DNA of 64,000 nucleotides from Neophaeotheca triangularis. Lineage: Eukaryota. The DNA lies in NCBI GenBank assembly GCA_054600435.1, contig BAAIJX010000062.1:1-64000 (forward strand), written 5' to 3'. Within the stretch, counting starts at the first letter, position 1. Each line of letters opens with the position of its first letter. Under the pieces are notes generated by a model that saw only the letters and a program-made list of their open reading frames with translations, searched no databases and was not told the origin of the DNA. A program made the translations under genes and the position numbers. Shown piece after piece: positions 35,265 to 45,747 of this stretch.

Positions 35265-35828
35265 ATGTCTGGGCAGACCTACCACACGACCAAGGAGGAC
35301 GTCAAGAAGATGGAATCCAAGGACTCTAATGTCCACAGCGGCAACGTCGCCGCTGGCTCTGACGCTGCCGCCATGCAGTCGATCGTCGACAACTCTGGCG
35401 AGAGCAAGAAGGATGTCATCAACGAGCGCCAGGTTAGTATCTCATGCAACATTTGCATTCGCGCCTTCATCTGGTTAACCGCCCCTCTATAGTCCAACCT
35501 CCCTCTCCCCGAGCAGCCCCCGGTCAAATCCGACTTCCACTCCGCAGACCAATCCACCGTCAACGTCGGCTCCGGTGGTCTTTCGGACTCTTTCTCCAAG
35601 GGTAACGATGCGCTCCGCGAGCCTGCGACCGGCGACTCCGCCGTGCGCGCCGACGCCGACGCCAACAAGGTCCACACTCTTGGCCAGAACGTTGGCCGTG
35701 AAGCCATCGAGGGTGCCATCCCCAACGATGCCGTCGCGAGAGGCAGCAAGGGCAAGGACGGCTTGGCCGACACCACCAACAAGGACTACGGCTACCCTCA
35801 GAAGAACGACCCAGCGAACAGCAAATAG
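35265..35828 (+). CDS. small hydrophilic protein (hydrophilin/SMP-LEA-like), 2 exons (35265-35432, 35493-35828), 167 aa
   Basis: A 60-nt intron (GTTAGT..TTAAC..TAG) joins MSGQTYHTTKEDVKKMESK...GSDAAAMQS to SNLPLPEQPPVKSDFHSAD...; the protein is G/S/D/N/K-rich, lacks Cys and Trp, and has strong codon bias. Confidence 0.85.
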
Positions 35829-36597
35829 ATTGCATCGTAGAAACAAAAGTACTGTCTTCTGCCTGAAATATGGCTTGATATGAGAAGCCGCTCGCGGAAA
35901 GTGTGTCCGGCAGCGCCTGCCGAATTCCATGAGCAATTCACGGTGCCTTTTGCTTAGGATCACGTCAAGCTCACGATGAGCATTTTGCATGGAATACAGC
36001 AATATTACGAGCGTACCGAGTTTCATGAAATCAACCCATAGTCTTTGACTCTACCATGGATGTCGTTTGACCACGCTAAACACCGCATCTTCATCCAAAT
36101 CTGTGAATGTCCACTCGAAATTTCAGAAATTGCATAAGCCTTCTCGCCATTTCATCAACACAAACAATAAAGCCAGAGAACAGCTAGGTTGATATTGTAA
36201 GGCATGGAATCGTGTTGCGATACCCAGATTTCTTACGCACTGACGGCAGTACACGGCAAAAAGACATTTAACACAGACATCGTTGCTACCCACTAGCATA
36301 TAGAGTGTGGTAGAGACGGCGACTTCTGCCCCACGTCGACAGCGGGGCTGCGATTCCAAGTTGGAAGCACCTGGTCGTCCATCAAGCATTACCCTCTGTG
36401 ATGTCAGACATATGTAACTCACGTACAAGAACTGACATCTATCTGCAAGGTACCTGAAGAGCTTTCTTTTTCTTCCTACATCATTGCCAAATCAATCTTG
36501 CTTGTACTAACAACCTCGACTCAAACTCGAAGCAAAATCACAAGTCCCAGCAACAACTATACTCACTGCAACACAAGCTACAAGCAGCAACAGCAAC

Positions 36598-37343
36598 ATG
36601 GCATCTTCTGAAGGCACCAAGGTTCGTACACTCCCTTCCGTTCAAGCAATTCTCACAGCTAAACAACAGTCGACATTCAGGTCACCAAGGACCCCCAAGC
36701 ATTCGAGAACCCCAAGACTGAAAACCCCGGCGTCGTCCCCAAGGACAGCCTAGCGGGCCAGTCCGTTCAAGGCGGAGGCTCTTTCGCCGCCAACAGCTCT
36801 TCCAGCGGCCTCATGGACCAAACCGCCGGTAGTCTGACCGCCAACACAACCGACACTAGCAACGCAACGAAGCTCGACGCCGCCCCTGACGCCGAAGCCA
36901 GACAAGCGAGCGGCGCGTGGCAAGAGCAGGGTGCCCTGAACGCTGGCACAGCAGGCAAGGGCCCGACCTACGTTGGTGGCGGCGGTGGCGTCGGCGCCGG
37001 CACCACACAGTCCCAGTCCGCCGCCGGCGGCTCTAGTGGCGCTGCCTCGTCCGGCGGCGCTGCCACTGCTGGCACTGCTCCCGGCTACGCCTCCCACCCC
37101 GCCCCCGTCATGGGTGACAACTTCCAGCCGCACGGCAAGAACATCACCGAGGGCGGCTTCGACTCCAATGCCCCCAACGCTAGCTTTACGACTGACATTG
37201 GTGGCAAGAACGACCCGTCCAGGGTGGCTCTGCAGGGCGCCGAGAAGAACAACGTGCCCGTTTCCGGTGGTGCTGGCGCCAGGTCTCAGGGCCCTGGTCA
37301 AGAAGGAGGCCAGTACGGGAACTTGGATGAGACCTCCGCGTAG
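36598..37343 (+). CDS. Gly/Ala/Ser-rich hydrophilin-like protein, 2 exons (36598-36621, 36681-37343), 228 aa
   Basis: MASSEGTK plus a 59-nt intron (GTTCGT..CAG) joins in frame to ORF 36813..37343. Motifs DSLAGQSVQGGGSFAAN, PHGKNITEGGFD and NASFTTDIGGKNDPSR. Confidence 0.85.
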
Positions 37344-38540
37344 AGGGGCGTCTTCTTGTGTAGTTCACGCATCATGAGATAAATTCTGTTTAATGAAAAG
37401 CGAAAAAGGTGTGAACTTCTTGGGCTACCTTAGTGTCTTCAATCGACGTGATGAGTTTTCCCATGCTATTTCTTCGGAAGAATAGTTCAAGGTTAGACTG
37501 GGGCAATGACGAGGCGATCTACGGTGCTTGACACTCGCTTCGTGTAGGGGATAAACTACCATGTCAGGGGCTCTATGGGCTCTTGGTTTGTGGCACCCCA
37601 GCGACGGCATGCAACCAATCGCCCTACAACAGGTCACTTAGCCGTCACCAATGCCCATAGCACCCCATAGTTTCCTGGTTGGTAGTTGTAGATATTCGGG
37701 AGCGGGACGTTGAGCAGAATGATCACGCCAAGCGTGCGCACCATCCAAGTAGTTGGGTGAGTGATTGCGTGAGAGCGAATTTTGGGTGAATCCGGCGGCG
37801 GGTTGCGAGGTGGAGGGAGAGGAGGAAGATCATACATGAGGGTACCGGGGAGGGGAGGCTCCAGGCTATCAGGCTTGAGGGTGGGAAGCGTTTGGGAGGG
37901 GCTGCAATTCTGAGGAGGCAAACGTGATGGAGAAATTTACAAGTAGTTTTCAGCGGTTCCTGCTCCGGTTATGGTGAAGGGGATTTGGAAGACGGATAGG
38001 AAAGATATCGAGAGGTGCAACGCCGTGAATGATCCACTGCGCCTGTTTGTGCCGAGGATTGATGGTCTCGAGGGAAGGGTGAAGGTTTGACTTAAGGCAG
38101 CGCACATCTTAAGCAAGATGCCGAAAAGAATACTGACACTCGAGGAGTGCAAAGGGACTGGTTACGTTGTGGTTGAAATGATCGCTGCGGTTCGTGCTAC
38201 TAATATGATCTTGTTCACAGCTAACTTTCTTGGAAGAGAGCAGCATCGCTCGATACATTGTCACCTCACTTGTTCATCGTAGATAATTGCCGCATACCGG
38301 ATAGTGTATGTAAGCTCGGGTAGTCTCAGGTATTGCAAGCATCACGACAGTATTCCGTCGGGAGGTGGGTGGAAGTGGTTCACGGTGGTTGTATCTTAGG
38401 TACCGGGAAAACATCGGGCGGTTCAGAGAGCTGGGAGATGGTAACCCAACTGCACATGTTCCAGTGCTTGTATGCGCAATACATACGTATAAATCCAACA
38501 CCAGCAGTGGCAATACTAGCTGGCTACCGACGTGATTCCA

Positions 38541-41390
38541 ATGCTCGCTCGGACGCGTTTCGCCTGGCGCGTGAGAACGAGCACTCCTGGACGGGGTGGC
38601 ATACGAAAGCAATGGGGCTACCTACACCTTCCACACCGGTCGTGGAGCTACACGCCTCGAAACCGACAGAAGATAACCGACCAGGATGAATTTGAAGCTG
38701 CCGCCAGCCATGCCTCACTTCTTCCGGTGTACGCCGATGGGCAGCATGGGCATGCCACAGAAACAACACTTGGAGCAGAGACCGTGCTCGGCTTGATAGC
38801 CAACACAGGAAGAGGCAATGCGCCATGGCATGTGATTCTGAATGGCATTGGAGTATCAAAGAGCCGTGCGAAACCAAGACTAGGGCAACATGGTAGCTTG
38901 ACGCTCCTCCTGACCCCCGAATATGCTCCGCAAGCCCTCGACAAAAACCTCCCACTTGAAGTACTCGCTCTACTAAGGGCAGAAGATCAGCACATTCCTT
39001 CAACGGTCGATGTAGTGGTTGCTGTCGTAGACAGTCTGCCTCGTTGGAAGAGCACCCAATGTTGCCAGGGCATGGCATACCTTTGGCGTCCAGTGGAGAA
39101 GGAGATTAGCGAGAGCATAGATGATGACAGGGCAAAACCGCTGCAGCGGGAGGCTACGAAGCCAGGCAATGCTGTTTTCAATCTTATAGACGCTCACAGC
39201 GAACCAGCATCAAGCTTAGATATCGGTCACCAGCGGCTGCAGTTGCCTTTAGCCCAGACTGTCTTTTCAACTGGCCTAGTCTCGACGTGTATAAGGCGAC
39301 ACTACCGCAAAAACCAGGACGCAGCCGCAGGCAAATCACTTCAGGAGACACTCATACAAACGAAAGAAGATAAGCTAGAGAGCTACCGAATCGATGTACC
39401 CATAGCACTGCCCCAGGGTAGCACTGTTGCGTCAGTGAAGTTTGCGACGCCTCTGCTGCCTCTCACACCTCTACGACGAGTGGAGAACAGTATGGGAAAT
39501 ATTGTCCGCAAGTTGTCATTCGTTACTGCGCGGCAGCTGAACATGTTGGAATCAACTGGTGAGCGAAGTGGAGTAATGCGAGAGCAAGCTGAAGCGGAAC
39601 CCCTGCCCGCTTCCAGCGAATTGGAGGCCATGGTGACCAAATATTTCGAGCACCTCTCCATACCGCCAGAGACTGTCAACGTTTGGGCACTTGTTATTCC
39701 TAAACCACTGGCTGACCTCCTGGCCACTGGGCGAGGCGTAACCAGGACCGGAAAACGCCTTCGCGCTCTCACACCCGAGAACATTACGTCGTGCTGGCCT
39801 GGAGGAAAGGACTCAAGAGGAGACGATAAACACAACTCGGAGAGGTGGTCCAGAGTCTTGCAGCTTGTGCAAAAAGGCGCCAAGCTTTGCAAAGTGCTAT
39901 CTGGGGGTGGCGGCTGGGGTAAGAAAGCTGGCCTGCTGTCTCTAGATCCGGATGTTGAGTATTCTACTCGCGAGCTTAGACAAGATAGTGGATGGGAGTT
40001 TGATTTCGAAGACGACTCTGAGCAAGGCGTTGCGAAACAGCAGCGCCAGGCACTTGGCGAGGTCGTCGGCGAGGGAGATGGCATCATGTTTTTTCTATCA
40101 CCGAACGATGAACACATGCCCGAAGTCCACAAAGCCAGCCACCTTCAAATAGACCACGGCATAGGGAACCCGGAACGTCGAGTTGACTTCGGTACTATCC
40201 CCTCGACCATGGACGAGATACCAGATAGTCAGGAGAGTGAGGATGGGCAACCGCTTGCCTATAGAATCCATCATTATCACAATTTCTTCGGGGCTATGTC
40301 AGAGGGTGGAATGGCAATGTCTTTCAAAAGGATTGGCGATCGTACCGCTGCGCGTTTACAGGATGCAACCACATCTCCCGCTGCGGCGCTTGATTTGCGA
40401 GCTCAATCGAAGTTTGACGTTCCTAATACACGCTTCAGCATGATCATCGGTGGGGACAAAGCAGTGCCCTCTACCGCCACAAACGCCAGTGAACACGCTA
40501 GTCTTAGGACTAATGAAGGAGATTTAAGACCTCGTTCGAATCGCAGAATCCACCAGTCTCGTAGAACCGATCATGGTCCTCGGATTCGCAGAGTTGAGCA
40601 CGAAAAGGCTCCGCCATTACCAAAGAAGAGAAATCCACAAAGCTCGCAGAACCGGCCGATAGAGAATCAAAACTTGTTCAGGACTCACACTATGTCTTCA
40701 GGCGTAGCAAAACATTCTCTCTTCTCCGGCCTACCCTCACCTGGATCACGCAGATCTGTTTCCACCTCAACCAGGTTGGCAAAGCGGCCACCTATAGGGG
40801 AAGGACGCATGTTCATCGAGGAGCAGAGGAGGAATTGGACGGCGAGACTGGAAGCCGCGGCTTCTGCCGGGAGAGGCACGGGAGCGGGCGCTTTGCAATA
40901 CCAGAGGCTACAGGTTTCCCATTCGTCGGAGCGCGCCAAGAGTGCCAATGAGGAAGCCAAGACCAAGGAGAGGCAAAGCGAGATGCCCAGAAAAGTTGGT
41001 ACCCCTCAAATGGAAAGAAACCTCGTCAGGAAGTTTCACGCTAAAGCGATTCCTAGGAAGCCAGGCTTTGTCGACAATCTTGATCTGAGAGAGGAAAGCA
41101 ACAAGAAGCATAACGCGAAGCGTGAGCAAGTCTCGAGCGATTCGGGCCAGGGACCGCACACTAGCCGATGTGCCCAAGGTAGAACAAAGGAAGGCCCGCT
41201 TGTGGCGAGCAAAGAGCCATCTCGCCCAAACGGCATGCCCTCGAGGGATGAGCTTTGCAACGGACGAGATGAATCCACCATAGGAGAGCGCCCTACTCGT
41301 GGAACTGCTAAGCAGGTTCGTGTCAATGGGGACCCCGACCTCGACGAGTTTGAGGCCTTCACCAAACCGCAGCGGAGAGCCAGCGCTTGA
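38541..41390 (+). CDS. hypothetical protein, probably mitochondrial, 949 aa to the first stop (TGA CTA G)
   Basis: Arg-rich, acid-free N-terminus MLARTRFAWRVRTSTPGRGGIRK; structured-looking core (VAVVDSLP, LPLAQTVFSTG, PLLPLTPLRRVENSMGNIVR, KVLSGGGGWGKKAGLLSLDP); basic disordered tail. Confidence 0.85.
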   Translation: MLARTRFAWRVRTSTPGRGGIRKQWGYLHLPHRSWSYTPRNRQKITDQDEFEAAASHASLLPVYADGQHGHATETTLGAETVLGLIANTGRGNAPWHVILNGIGVSKSRAKPRLGQHGSLTLLLTPEYAPQALDKNLPLEVLALLRAEDQHIPSTVDVVVAVVDSLPRWKSTQCCQGMAYLWRPVEKEISESIDDDRAKPLQREATKPGNAVFNLIDAHSEPASSLDIGHQRLQLPLAQTVFSTGLVSTCIRRHYRKNQDAAAGKSLQETLIQTKEDKLESYRIDVPIALPQGSTVASVKFATPLLPLTPLRRVENSMGNIVRKLSFVTARQLNMLESTGERSGVMREQAEAEPLPASSELEAMVTKYFEHLSIPPETVNVWALVIPKPLADLLATGRGVTRTGKRLRALTPENITSCWPGGKDSRGDDKHNSERWSRVLQLVQKGAKLCKVLSGGGGWGKKAGLLSLDPDVEYSTRELRQDSGWEFDFEDDSEQGVAKQQRQALGEVVGEGDGIMFFLSPNDEHMPEVHKASHLQIDHGIGNPERRVDFGTIPSTMDEIPDSQESEDGQPLAYRIHHYHNFFGAMSEGGMAMSFKRIGDRTAARLQDATTSPAAALDLRAQSKFDVPNTRFSMIIGGDKAVPSTATNASEHASLRTNEGDLRPRSNRRIHQSRRTDHGPRIRRVEHEKAPPLPKKRNPQSSQNRPIENQNLFRTHTMSSGVAKHSLFSGLPSPGSRRSVSTSTRLAKRPPIGEGRMFIEEQRRNWTARLEAAASAGRGTGAGALQYQRLQVSHSSERAKSANEEAKTKERQSEMPRKVGTPQMERNLVRKFHAKAIPRKPGFVDNLDLREESNKKHNAKREQVSSDSGQGPHTSRCAQGRTKEGPLVASKEPSRPNGMPSRDELCNGRDESTIGERPTRGTAKQVRVNGDPDLDEFEAFTKPQRRASA

Positions 41391-42686
41391 CTAGCCGTCT
41401 GGCATCGCAACGCAGCGGCGCTCTTTGCTACGAGATTGGGGGCTGCCACGCCCTCCGGACGTGCAGACGCAGTAGTTTCCGCATCTCAGCCACGAGGGCC
41501 TTTTCGCGGAATGATAGCAAAGCAAGAAGTGTTCGCCGTTTCCAATCCATTCCAGGTCGTGACGAGGGCTCGCTGTCTTTGTAGCGCACAGCTGCCAGTT
41601 TTTGAACAATCTTTCTCTACTTCTACCAGGCTATCGAAAGGGCCCTTAACAAAGGAGAGGCGTATGGAAATCAAGGAGCGCCAGCGTGCAAGGAAGAGAC
41701 AAGAGACCGCGAGGCATGAGCGCGCCCGCGCCGATGCGGAGCTAAAGCCACGCCAACAGCAGCGCTTTTCCGAGTATGGCGTAAGGAAGAAACAAGAAAT
41801 CGCGAGGTATGAGCGCGCCCGCGCCGATGCGGAGCCAAAGCCACGCCAACAGCAGCGCTTGACCGAGCATGGCTCGACAACCAACTCTGTCGCGACGACT
41901 TCTAAGACTCAGAACAAGTCCACCTTCGACAGGACGCAATGGCCAGTCAAGTACCAAAGCCTGCCATTCTTGGACAAGGCGGAGCTCGAGAGGTGCCAGC
42001 GCGAGCGACGCTGCCACAGGTCCCGCGAGCCTGGCCACTCGTTCTTCGAGATGCCAGCCCGGGCGGATCGTGAAAATTCCCCGGCCCAATATTCCCCCAT
42101 GCCACCCGGCGCGTACGAGTATCCAGAAGTCGAAGGATATGAAGAAAAGGCTCACTCAGCCAGCCGTCGAAATCAGCGTTCGCCATTCTCCGAGCTCTCC
42201 TCCCAGTTCCCCGTCCGAAACAGGCCGTCCCAGGCCCAGCCATTGCGCGACCCTCCGATAAGAAAGTATGCCGGACGCGTGAAGGACCTGCTGCCAACAG
42301 AGGCAAGAGATGCTCTCAACAACTGGTTCGTCAAAGGCAAGCGCAACTGGCTACAAAACCGCCAAAACAAAGCCGCCATGCGCTCCCGAATACTGCAGCG
42401 CTCGCGCCCCCTGCAACGCGCCGCCAAGCGGCAGGAAAGTCCCGAGCTTGGTACTCCGCTGGCCCGCCGCTTCCCTGCGTGCAACGCTCGTACGAGGCTT
42501 GTGAGGCCGGTACGCCAGGATGAGACGCCGCTTCAGAGGCGGAGAGCTAGAAGAGCGGAACATTTGAGGCTGGCGAGGGAGGAGAAGGAGAGGGTGATGG
42601 AGAAGTATCTGGCGAGGCGGCAGAGGGCTATGGAAATGTGGGACGTTGCGCAGCGGGCGGCTGGTGTTGGGCATTCCGACGGCTAA
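41391..42686 (+). CDS. 431-codon Arg/Gln-rich frame in phase with the preceding gene: readthrough extension, or a separate gene from ATG 41511
   Basis: 41436-38532 = 2904 (divisible by 3), and the 15 codons after the TGA are open. The frame contains a paralogous copy of an upstream 27-aa module and an in-frame 93-nt duplication. Confidence 0.7.
   Translation, partial: LAVWHRNAAALFATRLGAATPSGRADAVVSASQPRGPFRGMIAKQEVFAVSNPFQVVTRARCLCSAQLPVFEQSFSTSTRLSKGPLTKERRMEIKERQRARKRQETARHERARADAELKPRQQQRFSEYGVRKKQEIARYERARADAEPKPRQQQRLTEHGSTTNSVATTSKTQNKSTFDRTQWPVKYQSLPFLDKAELERCQRERRCHRSREPGHSFFEMPARADRENSPAQYSPMPPGAYEYPEVEGYEEKAHSASRRNQRSPFSELSSQFPVRNRPSQAQPLRDPPIRKYAGRVKDLLPTEARDALNNWFVKGKRNWLQNRQNKAAMRSRILQRSRPLQRAAKRQESPELGTPLARRFPACNARTRLVRPVRQDETPLQRRRARRAEHLRLAREEKERVMEKYLARRQRAMEMWDVAQRAAGVGHSDG
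41691..41873 (+). repeat. 93-nt (31-aa) tandem direct repeat, 2 copies
   Basis: Copies start at 41691 and 41784: RKRQETARHERARADAELKPRQQQRFSEYG and RKKQEIARYERARADAEPKPRQQQRLTEHG. Confidence 0.92.
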
Positions 42687-43065
42687 AGTGATGGTGCGGG
42701 GGTCATCTTGACTGGTGCAGTTGAAGAGCGAGCTGTTGCGGTGCTTGTGAAGGCATAAGACTGGGAAACAATTCGACGAGAATGTATATCTTGTACCTAA
42801 TCGCACCTTTACGGATGTCTGCTGCAATTCACAAGTGTTTGACCACAGCACATTGATACATCTTGCAAAGCTACATGGATATACACATTCCTCCCGTCAT
42901 CTGTTTCATCTGTTCCCGTAAACATCGCAAACAGTAGAAGCTGCATTGAAGCACTTTCAGCAGCAAGTCCGCGCCCTCCCAGCCCCAAACACCAAGCTAA
43001 AACGCTGCAAATAGTAGACAATGGGGACACGCATCTGTGTAGGCACCAGCTATGAGGCGTATGCA

Positions 43066-45521
43066 TCACTTCGCCTTCACGCTCGTCTTCCGACCCTTCT
43101 TCGCCGTGGCAGTGGCAAGTTCCAGCTTGAACTCCGCGCTGTCGAGATCGACCGCGCCGCGCATGATGCTCTGCCTGAGGAGGTCCTTGTGATAGACAGT
43201 GCGGTCGTGCTCGTCACGGAGCGTCGCCGCATCTGGGTCGTCTGCCAGGCCAATGAAGATGATGTTCGAGGCGCCGCGCTTCGCGCCTCGGGGAGTGACG
43301 CCTTTGGCTGCTTTGCCGTGATCCACGCTTTTGGCTCCGGCACTCTTACCAAGGGCCTCGATGCTTTTCCATCCAGAGAAGCCGTAGGCCTCCTTAGCCA
43401 TCTCGGTGAAGAATAGCTCTGTGCCTTTGAACAGCTGTGAGCGGTCTAGCTCTTGCGTGTCCGTAAGCGCCTCATGGACGTAGCCAGCTGGATCGAGAAA
43501 AGCACCCTCAGCCTTCGAGTCCACTAGCCATCCCTCTGTCACGACAGGTCGCCCAGAAACCAGGGTGCGTAAAACCTTTGCGGTAGCTTTCAAGTCGCCG
43601 TGGGCAACGATGCAGATGAAGTGGGTGCGCTTGGAAGGAACGTCCTCTACCACTTGTACACCCTTTGTGTCGAGCCACGCCACGGTCTTCTTGTCCAGTG
43701 AACAGCCACTCAAAAGCAAGCTCGACGGCTTGTGTGTTGTCGCAACTGTAGACTCGGCAGTCGAGGGCGGCGGAACGGTTGAAGCTTTGCTCGTGCTCCG
43801 CTTATTAGTGCGTGGTGGGATTTTGACCTGAGGTGATAACAGAGCCTTCTTCCTGGGTCGAATAGTGATCTCATCACCGCTTGACACGCTGACCACACCA
43901 ACAGGCTTTAGACCTCGTCGAGAATTTGAAGAAGGTTTGGAAAGGGCTCCAGCTCGCTTCTTTACCGGCGCGCTGTCCGCTGCTGTGTTGACGGCTTTTC
44001 GAGGTGGGCTACTAGCAACCTCTTCCTCGTCCTCCTCGGCGTCTTCGTCCTCCTCGGCAGCAGACAATACCGGTGCGGCTTTGGGTTGAGGGATATCACC
44101 GGCGCTGCCTAGCTCTTCGGAGGGCTCCCTCCTTGGATTAGATTTTCGTTTCTTCGGCTTCGGAGACTCCTCGACAGGTAGGCCGTACGGATCCTGTTTG
44201 CGCTTGAGTGAGCGGCTTGCCGCTGCACCGGCAACTTGCGCATCGTCGTACGCTTCGGAAGTTGGTACATTAAAGGAAGAGCTTGGCTCCCGCTGCACGC
44301 TACCATCACGGGCAATAGCAATAGCAATGCCATCGGGTTCCTCGTCCTCGGACTCCTCATCCTCCGATTCCTCACGCTCGTCATCTTCATGCTCGGCTTC
44401 TTCATCCTCCGGATCCTCACTCTCATTCTCGGGCAGGACGGTACGGTTATTTTTGCGGCCATAGGTCGCAGTCTTTCCTCTCCGCGCCTTCTTCTGCGGA
44501 CTTTCGGCAATGACGGTGCTCGGCTTAGAAGTAGAAGGTCCATGGGGATTCAATCGGCCGCTAGCCCGATGAGGAAAGGAATTCTGATCATTCTTGTTTG
44601 CGGAGGCTGGTACCTCGTCCGGGCCGCGAGAGGCGTCGAAAGGGGGCGATGCATCTACGACATGAGTAGATTGCGGTTGCTTCCCTCCGACGCGCATGAA
44701 TTTGGTGCCGGGAGACTCATCGCGCTTCTTCGAGGGGCTCTCGGCACTCGGCTGAGGTGCACTGCTAAAGACACCGTCACGAGCGGGAGCTGAAGGTGCG
44801 GTAGAGAACGGCTGGTGACTGTCTGCAGTTGGCGACCTTGCGCGGAATGTCTCTTCAGCATTCGTGCCAGTGATGACTGAAGTTGCTGGCGTCTCCAAGG
44901 CGGCGGTGGCTCTAGGCATAGATGTCGATGACACTTTGTCAAGATCGTCCTCATCCTCGTCCTCGGTATCGGACCCTCCGGCATCGCCAGCATCTGAAGC
45001 TTTGGGGACGGAGGACGCAACGTAGTCGGCCGTAGTGGCAGCATGCTCTAGTACGACCTCGGAGCAGTCTAGCGCAAGTTGGACCTTGAAGCCATTCCTG
45101 GAAAAGTTGATCGTGTCTCCAACGCGCAGGTGGATGTAATGATGCTCGAGACCTGCGCTGGCCGGGAGAGGAATCCTATTCAACGTGCTATGGTTTGGAA
45201 GCCCAGTGCTCAATGGCGATTCGATACAGACGCCTTCCACAAGAGGTTCCAGCTTCATCGAAGGCAAGTGATAGTCTATCAGACGGTGTTAGTAGACATC
45301 CCTGGCTCGGATCAGACGTTTCGTAGTGGAAACTCACGGAGCTTGGCGATTGGCTGTTTTTGCTTTCCATCACGTGACACATCACCATCGCTCGAATTTG
45401 TGAAAGGTTTGCCGTATCGTTCCTCGATGTCAAGGCATAGCTCATTCTCTTGGGCAAGAAGTTGACGCTCAACGGCGCCGTTGCAGTTCATAAAGCGCAG
45501 TTCAACTGCTTGGCGCGTCAT
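43066..45521 (-). CDS. tandem-BRCT DNA-damage scaffold protein (MDC1/Mdb1-like architecture), 2 exons (45521-45338, 45275-43066), 797 aa
   Basis: C-terminal BRCT signatures KATAKVLRTLVSGRPVVTEGWLVDS..GAFLD..Y and LFKGTELFFT...VYHKDLLRQSIMRG; long acidic, SP-rich linker; intron GTGAGT..ACTAAC..TAG adds the N-terminal exon. Confidence 0.8.
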
Positions 45522-45724
45522 GATGGCGGTAGAATTATTAGCGGCGATGCGGTTGATGTGGCTGACGTTGTATTAAAGGCATCCTCGTAGCCGTGGAAAG
45601 AGGTCGAGGTTAAGTACTAAGATGGATGCTGAAGTGTTACCTCCGATAAATGTTGAGGTGTTGCCGTTTGAAGTGAGTGAATTCACTAGGCAGTCGTGTA
45701 CCTAGGTACCCAGGTAGTCGTAGA

Positions 45725-45747
45725 ACGCGAAACGCGTAAAACACGTG
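45725..45747. promoter_or_regulatory. overlapping SCB/MCB cell-cycle boxes plus an E-box, about 200 nt upstream of the BRCT gene
   Basis: ACGCGAAACGCGT (CGCGAAA 45726-45732, ACGCGT 45732-45737) and CACGTG 45742-45747. Confidence 0.5.

Noticed and set aside
37425..38500. Short ORFs between the hydrophilin-like gene and the mitochondrial protein gene
   Set aside because: Multiple stops in all frames and no family signal.
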